Shown here: positions 25,001 to 31,346 of the stretch, piece after piece
Layout: every line of letters starts with the position of its first letter
Position numbering within the stretch: position 1 is the first letter of the stretch
Notes under the pieces: generated by a model
What the model saw: the letters and a program-made list of their open reading frames with translations, nothing else
What the model was told of the DNA's origin: nothing
The model's database searches: none
Source of the DNA: a virus
Reading direction: 5' to 3' (one strand)
Virus record (IMG/VR): IMGVR_UViG_3300025084_003207
Span: 28,810 to 92,809 of that record
DNA length: 64,000 nucleotides
Position numbers and translations under genes: made by a program

Positions 25001-28000
25001 TAAATTCTCTATTAAGTACCTCAACTACACTATCAATGCTTCTTTCATTGCCTAAGTAAATGTCTAAATTACTTGATGTTGTGTGGTCATAAATGTTTAC
25101 ATTTGTTAATGCATTTGCACCGCTTAATGGTAAATCAACAGTAGCATTACTACCTGCTAATCCATATGCTAATACATCACTGAATTGAGAAATTACAATA
25201 TTACCTGTAATAACTGCTACATTTGGTTTACTTGAATACCCGTCACCACCTGATGTAATTGTAACACTTTCTAATTGAGCATTGGCATAAAGTTTTGCTG
25301 TTGCTGTAGCGGCGTTACCGTTTGTTGGTGGATCAATTTCAATTGTTGGTACATTGTAGTATGTTGTATTTCTTTCAAATACAAAAATATTTGATACTGC
25401 ACCAGTAATATTTTCAGGATATATAATTTCTATTTGCTGATTATCTCTGGTAAATTTGTCTTGTTCTAATTTTATATCCATACTTTGATGATTATAAACA
25501 TCACCAAATTCGCCACGTTTGATTGCCCATTCTTCAAAAATCTCAATGTTTTTATTTGTGTTTACAACATTAGATCTAATTAAACTTGTAAGTGAATTGG
25601 CAGTACCTTTCTGATTTATTAATCCTTTATAGTACTGGAAGCCAATTGTGTCATCTATTTTGATATCAGCATATTCATTAGTTGTTTGATATCCTAACAA
25701 TCCTTTTGCTAGTTGTGATTTTAGTGGGTCTAATTGTATAGCATCTTTGTCGTGGTACAAACGTATGCTGTCTATTAATGTATCAAAGTTTGGCAATACT
25801 GCATCACCAACAATAACTAGACCTTCTGCTTGATATCTGCCGTCCCAATTTCTGCTTCGTTGAGTATTTACTTCTAGCCTGTCTTGTCTTATTCCAAGAA
25901 CATTGTCATTTATCACGTCATTGAAAACTGTTTTGTTGTTAATTACAAAAGCATGTTCAACTAATTCTGTATGCAATAACATGCCGTATATTCTGTTGTC
26001 AATTGGAGAAACAGTAATTGTATTATCCTCTCTGACAATTGAACAATCTTCGGGTATAATTGCTTTGCCGTTTTCGTCTAATATAGAATATTGATCATTG
26101 ATCTGTCTACTAATTTTTGATATTTTACCTGATGTACTAACAAATTTTAATGTTTCTGCTAGAGGACTTAGTTTTACACTTTCGCCTACGTCATGATCTT
26201 CTGTTGACCAAAATAAGAATCTTCTTCCTGCAAGTACCCAGTCATTCATGCTATTAATACTGCTATCAAATTCGCCAAAGTCGAAACCGATATCTTTTTG
26301 TTTTCTTCCTAAACTTATAAGGAAATCAAATACTTGTTGAACACTTTTGAATACGGTGTCGTAATAAACTTTTTCTGTGACACCAGTACCTAATTGATAA
26401 ACTGTACCTGATGCTCCGCCTATTGTAGGCAATGACGGTATTTGTGTCCATTGGGCAGTATCAAAAGCACCTGCTGATATATTTTCTTTGGCTATGTAAT
26501 AAACACTACCTAATTTTACAATCTCGTCTTTTAAGTAAGATAAGCCTGTTTCAAATATACTAAAGTCTGCAGGAGAGCCGCCTTCTTGGACTCCTTCCAA
26601 CGGGCCTGCAAAATCACTAGGTATAATTTCAAAATATTGTAATACTGTATCAAAGCCTGAGACACTATATCCTTCTGCTTGTTTTGTAATTTTTACACCA
26701 GTATAAAAGTTTCTACTGTTATAAGGACTTGTATGCAAGTTTACTGTTACATCTTCTTTAGGCAATACCTGACTTGCACTAAATCCATCTGTGCTTATGC
26801 TTTCACTAAAAACCTTAAGTTGTTTGCTGTTTACAAATCCTGCAAACTTATGACCTAGCCTTGTGTCTAAAGTTTTAACAGGATTTCCTATTTCAACATT
26901 TATATTTAATGAGTAAAAAGTCAAATATTGATATAGCAAGGTTGTATAACCCGGTCTCAGTGTAATAACATTATCAGTAGATCTGTAACCATGTGGGTCA
27001 AAGTTTTGCCTTAATTTTCTTTTACCTGTAGTTTTATCAACTAGTTGCTCAGGATGAACTGTTAACCTTTTGAGATTTCTCTTATCATAGAATAGTTTAG
27101 TAAACTCTCCTGGTCTAGACAGGTATAGCATTTCCAAGATTGCAAACGGATAGTAACTGCTTTTTCTCCAAGCATATTCTACCGGGCCAATGTCGCCAAA
27201 TGCCCATTGATTGTCAATGTCAATAGAATCTGCAGTAAGCGATGTATAAATTATTTCTTTAGGTGATCTTAAATTACCCGATGAATCAACTGGCAAGTAA
27301 CTGTAAATTGTAGGTCTTGCCCAACGTTTCCAGTATCCTTTTCTACTTCCTGCTGGTATATATCCGTCTCTGACATTATTCCAAAATGCTGTGTATGAAC
27401 TTGTTATTGCTGTTGGATACTCAGTGTCCCACCATGATGGTTTTTTACAGTAACCAAACATTTCCCACGGTGTAACAGTAGGTGTTTGTGTATCATAGTA
27501 GTAATCATACACGCCTCTCCAGTACCCTGGTTCTGCAGGACCACTTGCATAATTCCATGTAAATTCATTTGTGCTGTCGAAAACAGAATTTGTTCTGTAG
27601 TCAACCTTGTTTTGTTTGTTCCATTTATTGAAGTTTGTGTTCAATAATGTATTGTATTCAACTAAACTAAAATCAGTTTCACAGAAGAAACTTGGCTTTA
27701 TTTCATATTCATTAAGTTCTATGTTTTCGCAATTTCTATATTCTTCTTCTATATTACTGTAAACAATTTGTTCAAATGCTAATATAATATCATCGATTTT
27801 GTCGTTTTGCCTAATAACATAACTACCATCGTGACACAAAATTACATCCTTATCAACTTGATACGATGTGTCGGTCATAAACTGAGGTTGGAATGCTCTA
27901 AACATTCCTAGTTTAGATAAACTTGCTGGTACATCTGCAGATTCGCTGTCCTCGTAAATTCTTAAATTTAATGTGTCATTTTCTGCCAATGTTATATTAT

Positions 28001-31000
28001 TGTCTAATGTTATATCGAATGGCAAGTATGAATTTACGGTATAATCTTTATCTGCACATAAAACTGTATTATTATGTTGCAATATATGTAAGTTTTTATC
28101 TAATGAAATATTTGCTGTATTACTGAATGTATACTCTTGTAAACTCACATTACTGATTGAAATTTCTTCATTGGTGTAATCTGCGCCAATTGGAATCATG
28201 TAAGATAAATCAAAGCCGCCGGAAGTGACTTTACTAGATTTTAAAGTCTTTAATACTGTGTCTAATATTTCTAAATTTGTTTGATCTAAATAGTCATTAT
28301 TGTTAAGATAAACTTCTAAACCTGATATAAATTTATTTTTAAAATTGTTGTACTGATCATTACCAAATCTTAATGCATTGATTAAATTTCTGCTTTCGTT
28401 CTTACTGAAATACATGGAATGCAGTAAATCAGAATCAATTTGACCAATGTTGATATCATTGATATTAAATGTTTTACTTGTATCTTTGTAATTGTTATTA
28501 CCAGTTACTTTACCGCTAAAACCTTCCTGCCCTAGTAATAATTTATTTCCATGGCCTACAAGGTCACTTAATCTTGTTTCTGTAATTTCAGTGTTTAACG
28601 GATTATATTTTATTGCACTTGGAATTTCAAAATATCCATATGCATCAATAGACGTTTTTCTTTCGCCCTTAGTAAATGTTCTAACATTAATTACATCAGT
28701 ATCTTTTAAAGTCACTGCTTCATTGAATGTAAAATTAAAAGTTGCATCAACTCCGTGTCCGTTATTAGATGCTGTATTAATAATTGATGTGATATTTCCA
28801 GGATGGCCAACTAGTTCGCTGTAAAGGCCGTAGTTTGACACAGAAATAGTTTTGATCTGTCCGCCACCGTTACTGATATTTCCACTATATGCTTCGGCAT
28901 CAGTGACAGTTATTGCAACATTACTGCTACTTCCTGGTATACTTAATGTCAATACATCACCGACTTCATAACCTAAACCTGGGTTATTTAATGATACATC
29001 TTTAAGAGTAGGATTTAATACAATACCTGTACTGCTATTTCTAATTGCAAAATCTTCGTTTAGTGTGAGAACAGTATCATTAATTTTAACAATAATATCA
29101 TTGTTGTAAGGTGTTGCACTTGTTGTGAAAAATTTATCTGTTACATTGATTTTATCAATTAAAATTACATCTTCTACATATTGTTTAGAATATAATGAAT
29201 GCTCATCCTCATAAAATTTAAAATTACTAATATCAAAATTACCAGCAGAAATATTTGCATTTGCTACAAAATATTGATCATTGTATTTTACTACTTCATT
29301 TGTGAAATATGTTTCTACATTACTAAAGTCTCTATATTGATCTGGTGTACTTATTGGATGCCAATTGTTTCTAAATCTTGTATTGTCATTGCCTTTATAA
29401 TCTTGTTGTAAATCTTTATAAAAAAGATATCCAGATATTGTAGATGCGTTTGCTAATAAATTTGCTTTGTATGTTACAGTATGATTACCTAAATGATTAA
29501 AAAATGTAGGTTCACTGCTAAACTTACTTGTTTGATAAACAACATTCGCACCTAAATCTGCATCATACGATGTCTGCTTGGTACTTGTTTTATCAGTATT
29601 ATATGTAAATATAGGACAACCTTTAAAATCACTATACGGATATTTTGCAGGATCATCTACTTTAACTCCTTCTGAGTCATATAAATTAAATAAAGGCTCT
29701 TGGTTAATTTGTATCTTTTGCTGTGCTTGTCGCCATGCTGTGCCAGTCCAGTAGTAATCTAAACCTATGTTAGTTCCTGTAATACTGTACACATGACCGT
29801 TAGTGACAATTAAATTACTTAGAGAAGTGTCTTCACTAAATTGAATTGTACCGCTATTATCTTGTATTCTATAAATTTTTTGTGCTATTGCTGTATCGTC
29901 TTGTGGGAAAATTATACTGGCATTTGCAGTACCTGATGCACTATTGATTGGAAAGCCTATTGCTAATCCTTCTAGATCTTCTTTTTTCTTATCTGCAATT
30001 ATGTCTATTTTAGATATAAAGGAGTTACCCCAGTTATGTAATTCTATATCTCTGTCGAATTCTAAAATAGGTCGTGTTGCTCGTTGAGCCGCATCTGGTA
30101 AAGCAAACCCTGTTGCATTATCTTTAAGTGGTTCCCTTAATTCGTTTACATGCCACCAGTAATTTAATCTGCTCCATGGATTTCTATTTTTTGAACCTTT
30201 TTCTATAACCATGTAATCGGGTTGGTTCTGTGTTGATTCTGAACCCCATGGTGCTGTGCCCCAACCGTAAACTGTATCGTTATTCCATTGTAGTTCTGGT
30301 ACTATGTATGTTTGATGGAAATCGTCTAATGCAAAGTTTTTATCCCATTGCACACTATCGGGTAATAAGTAGTTAGACTCCGCTTCAACATCTAGATAAA
30401 CAACATTACCTGTTCGTTGTGCATTGTTACCTAAATACTTTACATTGGCTGACACGGCATCGCCTACTTTAAGTTCAATATTACCAATGTACAGTCTAGA
30501 ATTGTTATGTACAGATGCATTGGCGGCTCCTGACGGTACGCCGTCTGCTAAATTTCTATAGTACTCTTTGAAATCGCCGCCTGGTGTATCAACAAAGTCT
30601 TCTGGTAAATTTGTTTCTAGATTATAATATGATTGCGAATTTGCCTGAGTATATGTTATTGATATTGATCGCTCTAAAGGAAAATCATTAAATTCCGCAT
30701 AAGCAGATGTAGAATCACCTGGCAAAATAAATTGTATTCCTTTACCTACGCCTGTTACAATATAAGTAGTATCTTTAGTTAGTACACTGGTGTTTGAAAT
30801 ATGATCACCTGTGAATTTAATAACCATCTCATTTCTAAGTGTTTGCCCTGCCGGTGACGTGTAATTTTTTAATCCAACAATGTAATCTATATTAATTTGT
30901 ACAGAGGAATTACCCTGTATTTCAGTGACTTCTGGTCCTGTTGGGTACCAATAGTAATCCTGATAGTTTATAAGTTTGTCTATGTTTATTGGTGGTGCAT

Positions 31001-31346
31001 AAGCATATTGATTAGTTTTAAATAATCTGTTATGGTTATCAATTAATCCACCTTTGCTTCTTAAGTCATATAAAAAGTCCTCATAGAAAACATAATTTAC
31101 AGGTTTACCTGTGTCTGGATTTACTGTGGTTACCACAGGGTCAAAACTATAGTATTCTCTATTAGGTGCTGGTTGCTCTACAAATGATGTATTGCTGTTG
31201 CTAATTTCTCTTGGAGTTCCTATAAAGCCTTGTATATTTTCTACATTTGCTTTTGAAAATAATTGTTCGACTGTGCTTTCAAAGAAATTTTTATTAACAC
31301 TAGTCTGGTGCTGTATAGGTAATAGATCAAAAAATTTGTTTGTCAT
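10071..31346 (-). CDS. giant (7091 aa) baseplate-wedge-associated virion structural protein
   Basis: Uninterrupted 21.3-kb ORF coupled (TAATG) to the gp6-like gene; many beta-rich modules, GxGY repeats, C-terminal RGTNGTSAESHTVG. Confidence 0.75.
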   Translation of the reverse strand: MTNKFFDLLPIQHQTSVNKNFFESTVEQLFSKANVENIQGFIGTPREISNSNTSFVEQPAPNREYYSFDPVVTTVNPDTGKPVNYVFYEDFLYDLRSKGGLIDNHNRLFKTNQYAYAPPINIDKLINYQDYYWYPTGPEVTEIQGNSSVQINIDYIVGLKNYTSPAGQTLRNEMVIKFTGDHISNTSVLTKDTTYIVTGVGKGIQFILPGDSTSAYAEFNDFPLERSISITYTQANSQSYYNLETNLPEDFVDTPGGDFKEYYRNLADGVPSGAANASVHNNSRLYIGNIELKVGDAVSANVKYLGNNAQRTGNVVYLDVEAESNYLLPDSVQWDKNFALDDFHQTYIVPELQWNNDTVYGWGTAPWGSESTQNQPDYMVIEKGSKNRNPWSRLNYWWHVNELREPLKDNATGFALPDAAQRATRPILEFDRDIELHNWGNSFISKIDIIADKKKEDLEGLAIGFPINSASGTANASIIFPQDDTAIAQKIYRIQDNSGTIQFSEDTSLSNLIVTNGHVYSITGTNIGLDYYWTGTAWRQAQQKIQINQEPLFNLYDSEGVKVDDPAKYPYSDFKGCPIFTYNTDKTSTKQTSYDADLGANVVYQTSKFSSEPTFFNHLGNHTVTYKANLLANASTISGYLFYKDLQQDYKGNDNTRFRNNWHPISTPDQYRDFSNVETYFTNEVVKYNDQYFVANANISAGNFDISNFKFYEDEHSLYSKQYVEDVILIDKINVTDKFFTTSATPYNNDIIVKINDTVLTLNEDFAIRNSSTGIVLNPTLKDVSLNNPGLGYEVGDVLTLSIPGSSSNVAITVTDAEAYSGNISNGGGQIKTISVSNYGLYSELVGHPGNITSIINTASNNGHGVDATFNFTFNEAVTLKDTDVINVRTFTKGERKTSIDAYGYFEIPSAIKYNPLNTEITETRLSDLVGHGNKLLLGQEGFSGKVTGNNNYKDTSKTFNINDINIGQIDSDLLHSMYFSKNESRNLINALRFGNDQYNNFKNKFISGLEVYLNNNDYLDQTNLEILDTVLKTLKSSKVTSGGFDLSYMIPIGADYTNEEISISNVSLQEYTFSNTANISLDKNLHILQHNNTVLCADKDYTVNSYLPFDITLDNNITLAENDTLNLRIYEDSESADVPASLSKLGMFRAFQPQFMTDTSYQVDKDVILCHDGSYVIRQNDKIDDIILAFEQIVYSNIEEEYRNCENIELNEYEIKPSFFCETDFSLVEYNTLLNTNFNKWNKQNKVDYRTNSVFDSTNEFTWNYASGPAEPGYWRGVYDYYYDTQTPTVTPWEMFGYCKKPSWWDTEYPTAITSSYTAFWNNVRDGYIPAGSRKGYWKRWARPTIYSYLPVDSSGNLRSPKEIIYTSLTADSIDIDNQWAFGDIGPVEYAWRKSSYYPFAILEMLYLSRPGEFTKLFYDKRNLKRLTVHPEQLVDKTTGKRKLRQNFDPHGYRSTDNVITLRPGYTTLLYQYLTFYSLNINVEIGNPVKTLDTRLGHKFAGFVNSKQLKVFSESISTDGFSASQVLPKEDVTVNLHTSPYNSRNFYTGVKITKQAEGYSVSGFDTVLQYFEIIPSDFAGPLEGVQEGGSPADFSIFETGLSYLKDEIVKLGSVYYIAKENISAGAFDTAQWTQIPSLPTIGGASGTVYQLGTGVTEKVYYDTVFKSVQQVFDFLISLGRKQKDIGFDFGEFDSSINSMNDWVLAGRRFLFWSTEDHDVGESVKLSPLAETLKFVSTSGKISKISRQINDQYSILDENGKAIIPEDCSIVREDNTITVSPIDNRIYGMLLHTELVEHAFVINNKTVFNDVINDNVLGIRQDRLEVNTQRSRNWDGRYQAEGLVIVGDAVLPNFDTLIDSIRLYHDKDAIQLDPLKSQLAKGLLGYQTTNEYADIKIDDTIGFQYYKGLINQKGTANSLTSLIRSNVVNTNKNIEIFEEWAIKRGEFGDVYNHQSMDIKLEQDKFTRDNQQIEIIYPENITGAVSNIFVFERNTTYYNVPTIEIDPPTNGNAATATAKLYANAQLESVTITSGGDGYSSKPNVAVITGNIVISQFSDVLAYGLAGSNATVDLPLSGANALTNVNIYDHTTSSNLDIYLGNERSIDSVVEVLNREFTDANIANIVAYGDIDTQAEKHLVSQITKAGSNTRIATDRATVTSNTSIEINTPVGSNASIITNGASTLTFSNVDSITNTNPATVTLTTKTGFTPLQNGDTLTFVNHEPYTVLTSNILNQTYFVKATADTTVYELYTNEQLTANVDATSWYNESVSGVDTHLQSVGAYRSAEADLVNVEFNYSTITGLGTHNVSYFTELTAYNNSYYAERGASNTQIKLYTDPALQIPLNTTGLTKPFSDSNLSTDYIQANVTVLGTGGDNRLFIKGSDFTISEVELSGGSDSTTLAVLNIPAGRYQPTQRFPIRSANNTTSNDIIVSVDGNNVGATYWSYDRGARTIITANASVVNDYNINPNNAFSIEIGGQNKFEDENITQIDGLYPFAEIYIDGKRIKNSPDYDAFTLTNNSTTTTISFSNASLYTDNFSIGSNITVVESGSVQFNNTFTADVPGKVLSIKSVANDTLIANTISKRTYERTPDILTDNKITIDIDDPDTMLKRPTNSLQDGLWYRDNKEDYIVPNAGYVNRNKVDWESIDLSYFANLIGSGKVNIPKENDYLHLGKSENEDWNVFNLKKHGIENSTGNVSGAKNYIDNVNGRAMLFSDQRLSKWTDGNILGDKTNANFYDNVIVLKNTNLSDTVLEWSNENFVFTPRTVYKGDYRPLKKINRGITKIEPGYTRPITKVEPYKDPNYMARIYAERSHPAPGLDFFTRASVVKDNLPNAHANSVLISPNSLAGLGVGDTVRFTGTQATAANLTVGKAYTVTGISERGLGGNPGAVDVDDPSKGFFTINEANVTGTDYASINSDCYVAYESDLEFNVNMKVKGLSGTSTVLLEVADEYNLNISSYISNGLDIDFSLMSGERITNTNDFYVDDYSYTVANWNSSDKTFEISSNVTTQTATITRSGFNEITLAAFGNIDGKGNSTLAGANSAIIDKGDFVQFTSTGNYSGNVYPVQSNDGNFIQIYDPSITSNTAGRTAVVYTGSKETRTGSISNLTSNALTLSGFETSNLGNYGFGNVQYMNSNTSTGVIPSVSGSERPFKINGNTVIIDVEDAVRTMQTRFPVHTLRDTTNNTVDLFFRDNGAGEFARVLFNDSEKTPEEQNILSNDPSKLFNYNNKPVYLGLGLPTSQNQISLETDFTGIPESLRSIDGVELDLEFRYVTDQGLRELLRQTGVQGDTSSSEFVNNAYEMLSKTENFDSAWWIENFTFTQENPSLDGMYIELQARNGSEVTSKLDLIPRHFGQHEAFNIIGDVEKQLSISTVSSKLVDKTDKNRLKLDFSDLHPMSFSKVISVIDSKDNNLIWTDPNGNIIQVHSSQPKKIRGSLLTNKLRPSHINGGSYPFEWWGEDVKNVLSQGADNKIVLNLGFENGLTAYPGHNNFDVAIPLVIVHGAKFKYTLAPTTKNELLNLRVAIKDDSGNIPQIVDRKIASVGQSSITIDNSDNTFTTNDTTNNLNAIIYQVDENKNKQVLANDYASPVEKSTTDNGYSAVLLQPKSNSSSLNSGNTLGYISTLPTQIGSAGTFYVGINQSANVSLDSIFGSNLDIAFDYLPLNHTGVSSKQINVSDVNVAVDVHVVEPQHKMFMDTEAVDNNILRFADTVHGANSVLTGNIVVANTQTNYAIIPKSISDNVGTYAINETQKNSLGIIVSSAHGPHLVFNKPNNLLSVNDTIFVNTSGSANGINNTEFRIRAVTENTFTVKLANTNVIPTAELSSMKYLTYGLPIIEGTASTNTVTTRTIHVPANIHVFEPGDNITLNTGSVDTASVNGQTYIVNAVLENAIMINHATAPTSLTTNLTASLTGNANLHIMTLPRGYAVPGMTGSIYDPENIYSLGGNTDVTFNKITDLDFDKNFTTTDGKPVMYFEKDLGTSFNNDELMLDIYEATRFYSKDHNIGKVDDNQLVVSSTNASSEGLVNIELPNGLRGISVGANITFSHSQVGHVLSGNSFVVVDFVNLIDNIEGDGEQYITIEAPGATATSNVFSVSYDNYIPSQSRTIKIGNTRNYDGFATPFLADKNSFVINTIYTGNVVTNGHWVSDTMLITGTDDFQNEINVKPTQNHIAIKNSPIRNYNATYKMAPIGMDQRRLGKNQIEVFGFTNSNVAIDFTDKNVSYSLTDHNAVEINDNKTYLPAQDTVEQVADSLNFISDFKAGAIDKEKKMEVGFLFGYRDPRSDNRTSPDFNQKYVQRPADVSGLDQVYSYEYIGAPAGNALKGGVNKFSPVKANETIAERRAPSKLAGKYIIDMQGLEEQVYYGSLNEQRTKRPHGTPAFKVLDGKLTADKELVQNYENNLNNMYLDPSLQTIKNKAEAPFGSPKHGTWPYTGYTGPYMGTYYDNWMGGNQWWRDDKYGYRQLNGEHYGGGISGGGGGPGGTQDPPPQDPPPPAESCGKFRITLYDTNSGEEGTTYEFDDGLFDIVQQYIDSEYTNISGYQNQFIQAGGTGADWTTILSYIEGIGENYTKIPYNQLDVDLCELQDLHIKDITGNTCTSSGEVLHLGGSAVSLPEGCDPCSLADAINSQSPNFNAECVPEDTKREPKSCVIKGGRQAWGTTDFRGVDKIVKMGNNKGQSVDYIGQRDDNYKLLEGRKDGVPAVLFGSRHDDARLMVSIDGPNLLKSIKLQLEEKGLDPNEYKSVVLRSTTNDDVSGELLHWKNSTARITNTGSGIKGEYNNIARHPFAIVYAPSSGSIFDEGQQMQTIQFGKDAMGRGINKDTMSVYVSKLNRSRYDYSTKGKGGILYRLPKHGTSDHKYLGDLYNFTIIDDLYLGGFGSKTDEDTRSNAITTTKEQDERGFKFDKITGYGERVQDGGKWKDRTGSWFRNLWQYHAKQQRRVQGCTSAEDANIPQLNPIVRIKSAVPFSLGTGCSRSPFTEVGDFQPYREKNINSSANLTIANALTPEQYNELGGDDTSVFTPKVISGGLPGQEVTIVDIMGAPDTSNPFMTSDYIRIDGYPVNPRSGEGTRDGQVANANVGIVQTGMVEDSTGFNYMVGDKLTIVGGRPKTIDEDAYYLSDVVVTNPGSGYNPRTTRLEVIDTEMGTILPGVQINPVFQPSDDAVTPVTKNTGRTAISSAVLPYKTYIGYKGCREIDWLSGLDTNTAFIDRAGNSINGITIDARRVDVGIDSQNTYYEETFTLSATTAMELGTTYKAFVGTRKYENFGEFMMFNFEENSTTGINDRGQSNFTSSFNESERNDLNGAWIICWNIPNSQNKFTSTNAHDNFGDLAQGTVGIMKSYYDVEAFGPLTRDDFNHFLSDNIKETNGRIVKFLKLDNDRAYFQVMNPYDLDTAAGRSIGTPDFANMFARFYPINSLNEFSADTSSTFANNYEVIIENDTSVSSDVTASGTATFRMDSRDAVHGLKVKAKQLGNNPDATMQQFDIFVFQDGVDVGYLRVPVTIHFDIPASTHGGEFDIAGSTLANNMAKLNYSTVYRPVVQPVNELQESEAIIYKFDFSNLPDDAKVNDIDIDLRFDSYAPGDFDMMWLTSPEGRRIPLLQTLGSFGSEGQHNQQGFLDGYDYHKNDIIQAFQFTLTSSLTAEAIKYGGSNLNYSNKVKPSIGMPTRDLNNHGQHFDTASGAISKVLGSDYGNDVTLSEYGINYNSVENVLRKFLRDEDGNIRGILGKGTWFLEWSRPGRIIDLAYDPGTVGNKKTKIRTPNIKIKYTSASENPAYDSADKESIGDVAIIQKGGFQPEFATRRYTVVAKGSSGTGFEAQAFLKKGKLVGEDNPDIKSQQAVFEVLKINQAGSITKLRILDRGVYEIFPAEFERGVPLKYLEGDMASPTMKTRPYGEGYGARVQLTSRSVINCQQPPGIVSRNSGPSRPATPTETLADLINTVGGIDGGLTASSTPINPSVHTLSIKTDADGFELSDLVPGTLDALGIPAGDYGPNAFGFSADVGDGGNGFGLNDSGIRKDNPFDKGDPDSLILYNASTPPEFDGLSSSNFGNVYSYDLNRVGGGQLVTEKLQSEVDVLYLKSARVRSKYELKSLMPKAWVDNYDVNGWAYLENGKVVYRKDKLVDSSKIKSALIYDNITGERISDVFLNDPFKNVFMPEVERNLTYISESDPVYYADDSSNFSNKNVGELWWNTSNMRVRWYEQSDDDYRRQYWGSYVDGSQVDVYEWIESTETPIEYSGPGTPLDIEKYLIDQRYVSSTGLFKNLYYYWVKDITDVPNVKGRTASASSVASLIASPKLQNIPTFGAISNNSIVLNNVKSYLTDDESVFQINFKRTDSKYKNKHESYILLGENNISGNIPSEFFHKLVDSLVEEDRLGKVVPDPYLNKFERYGISIRPRQTMFVKPKNARRELVYFINSIMKDIKLSDDLYSGWDSELTTNTYYEITDWVATGYDTNTIKSRANVRSVKEMRGLTNIPDGAFVRLIGIGDNPDRFFEYNSAKDDYDLVKIVGGTMKLKYSVFGEINPGLTSELRQLLFAIRNNIFKNTNLENKLYFSMLNYVLTEQYQTDWCFKTTYFNVRQSAENLVQTPATKIDTFNSVVKSIKENKPYTSKLRDFEDRKISIDSLKSFATDFDRPPYQPDLSITAKILDDSNSGDVSILTNNTEYVNWTNNYSNNATKIRTITEKIFIDRINDEISPIYDHTDSNGILTVQLASKYNQPQSNTSAIRMEQLSDASSNATPINHIERVFKYNTVITDLTKKIADTDTYSSDIIAGFVATRDATLRTLAYADFFGEELDANIFAKAYFDSIGKELMSTGLGYDLFGFDSAGFDSKQSVNNYTVNAAVQSELIRDTLTYQGFDSSTFFTGLSGPGIPPEHALFKPLEGLQINVQSNMTAYDNDGTVVGNQDGVFRPKSGATQLPGTHGNANVSYKIFVGMNGATEYIRLSDSNKTTLAANITAKSLTIQIADATAITPPYTGSPATAVFIGDERITFEGIVGNTLTGVTRGTNGTSAESHTVGETVYDATESNNINAGAFAYGANADPEITIWNVDGGTASPLANANTSIAGFLQAGPGSYFG

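Noticed and set aside
10071-31346. Stop-codon reassignment or intein as the cause of the giant ORF
   Set aside because: All three stop codons end genes normally in the standard code and coding density is high; no intein splice or LAGLIDADG motifs were recognised
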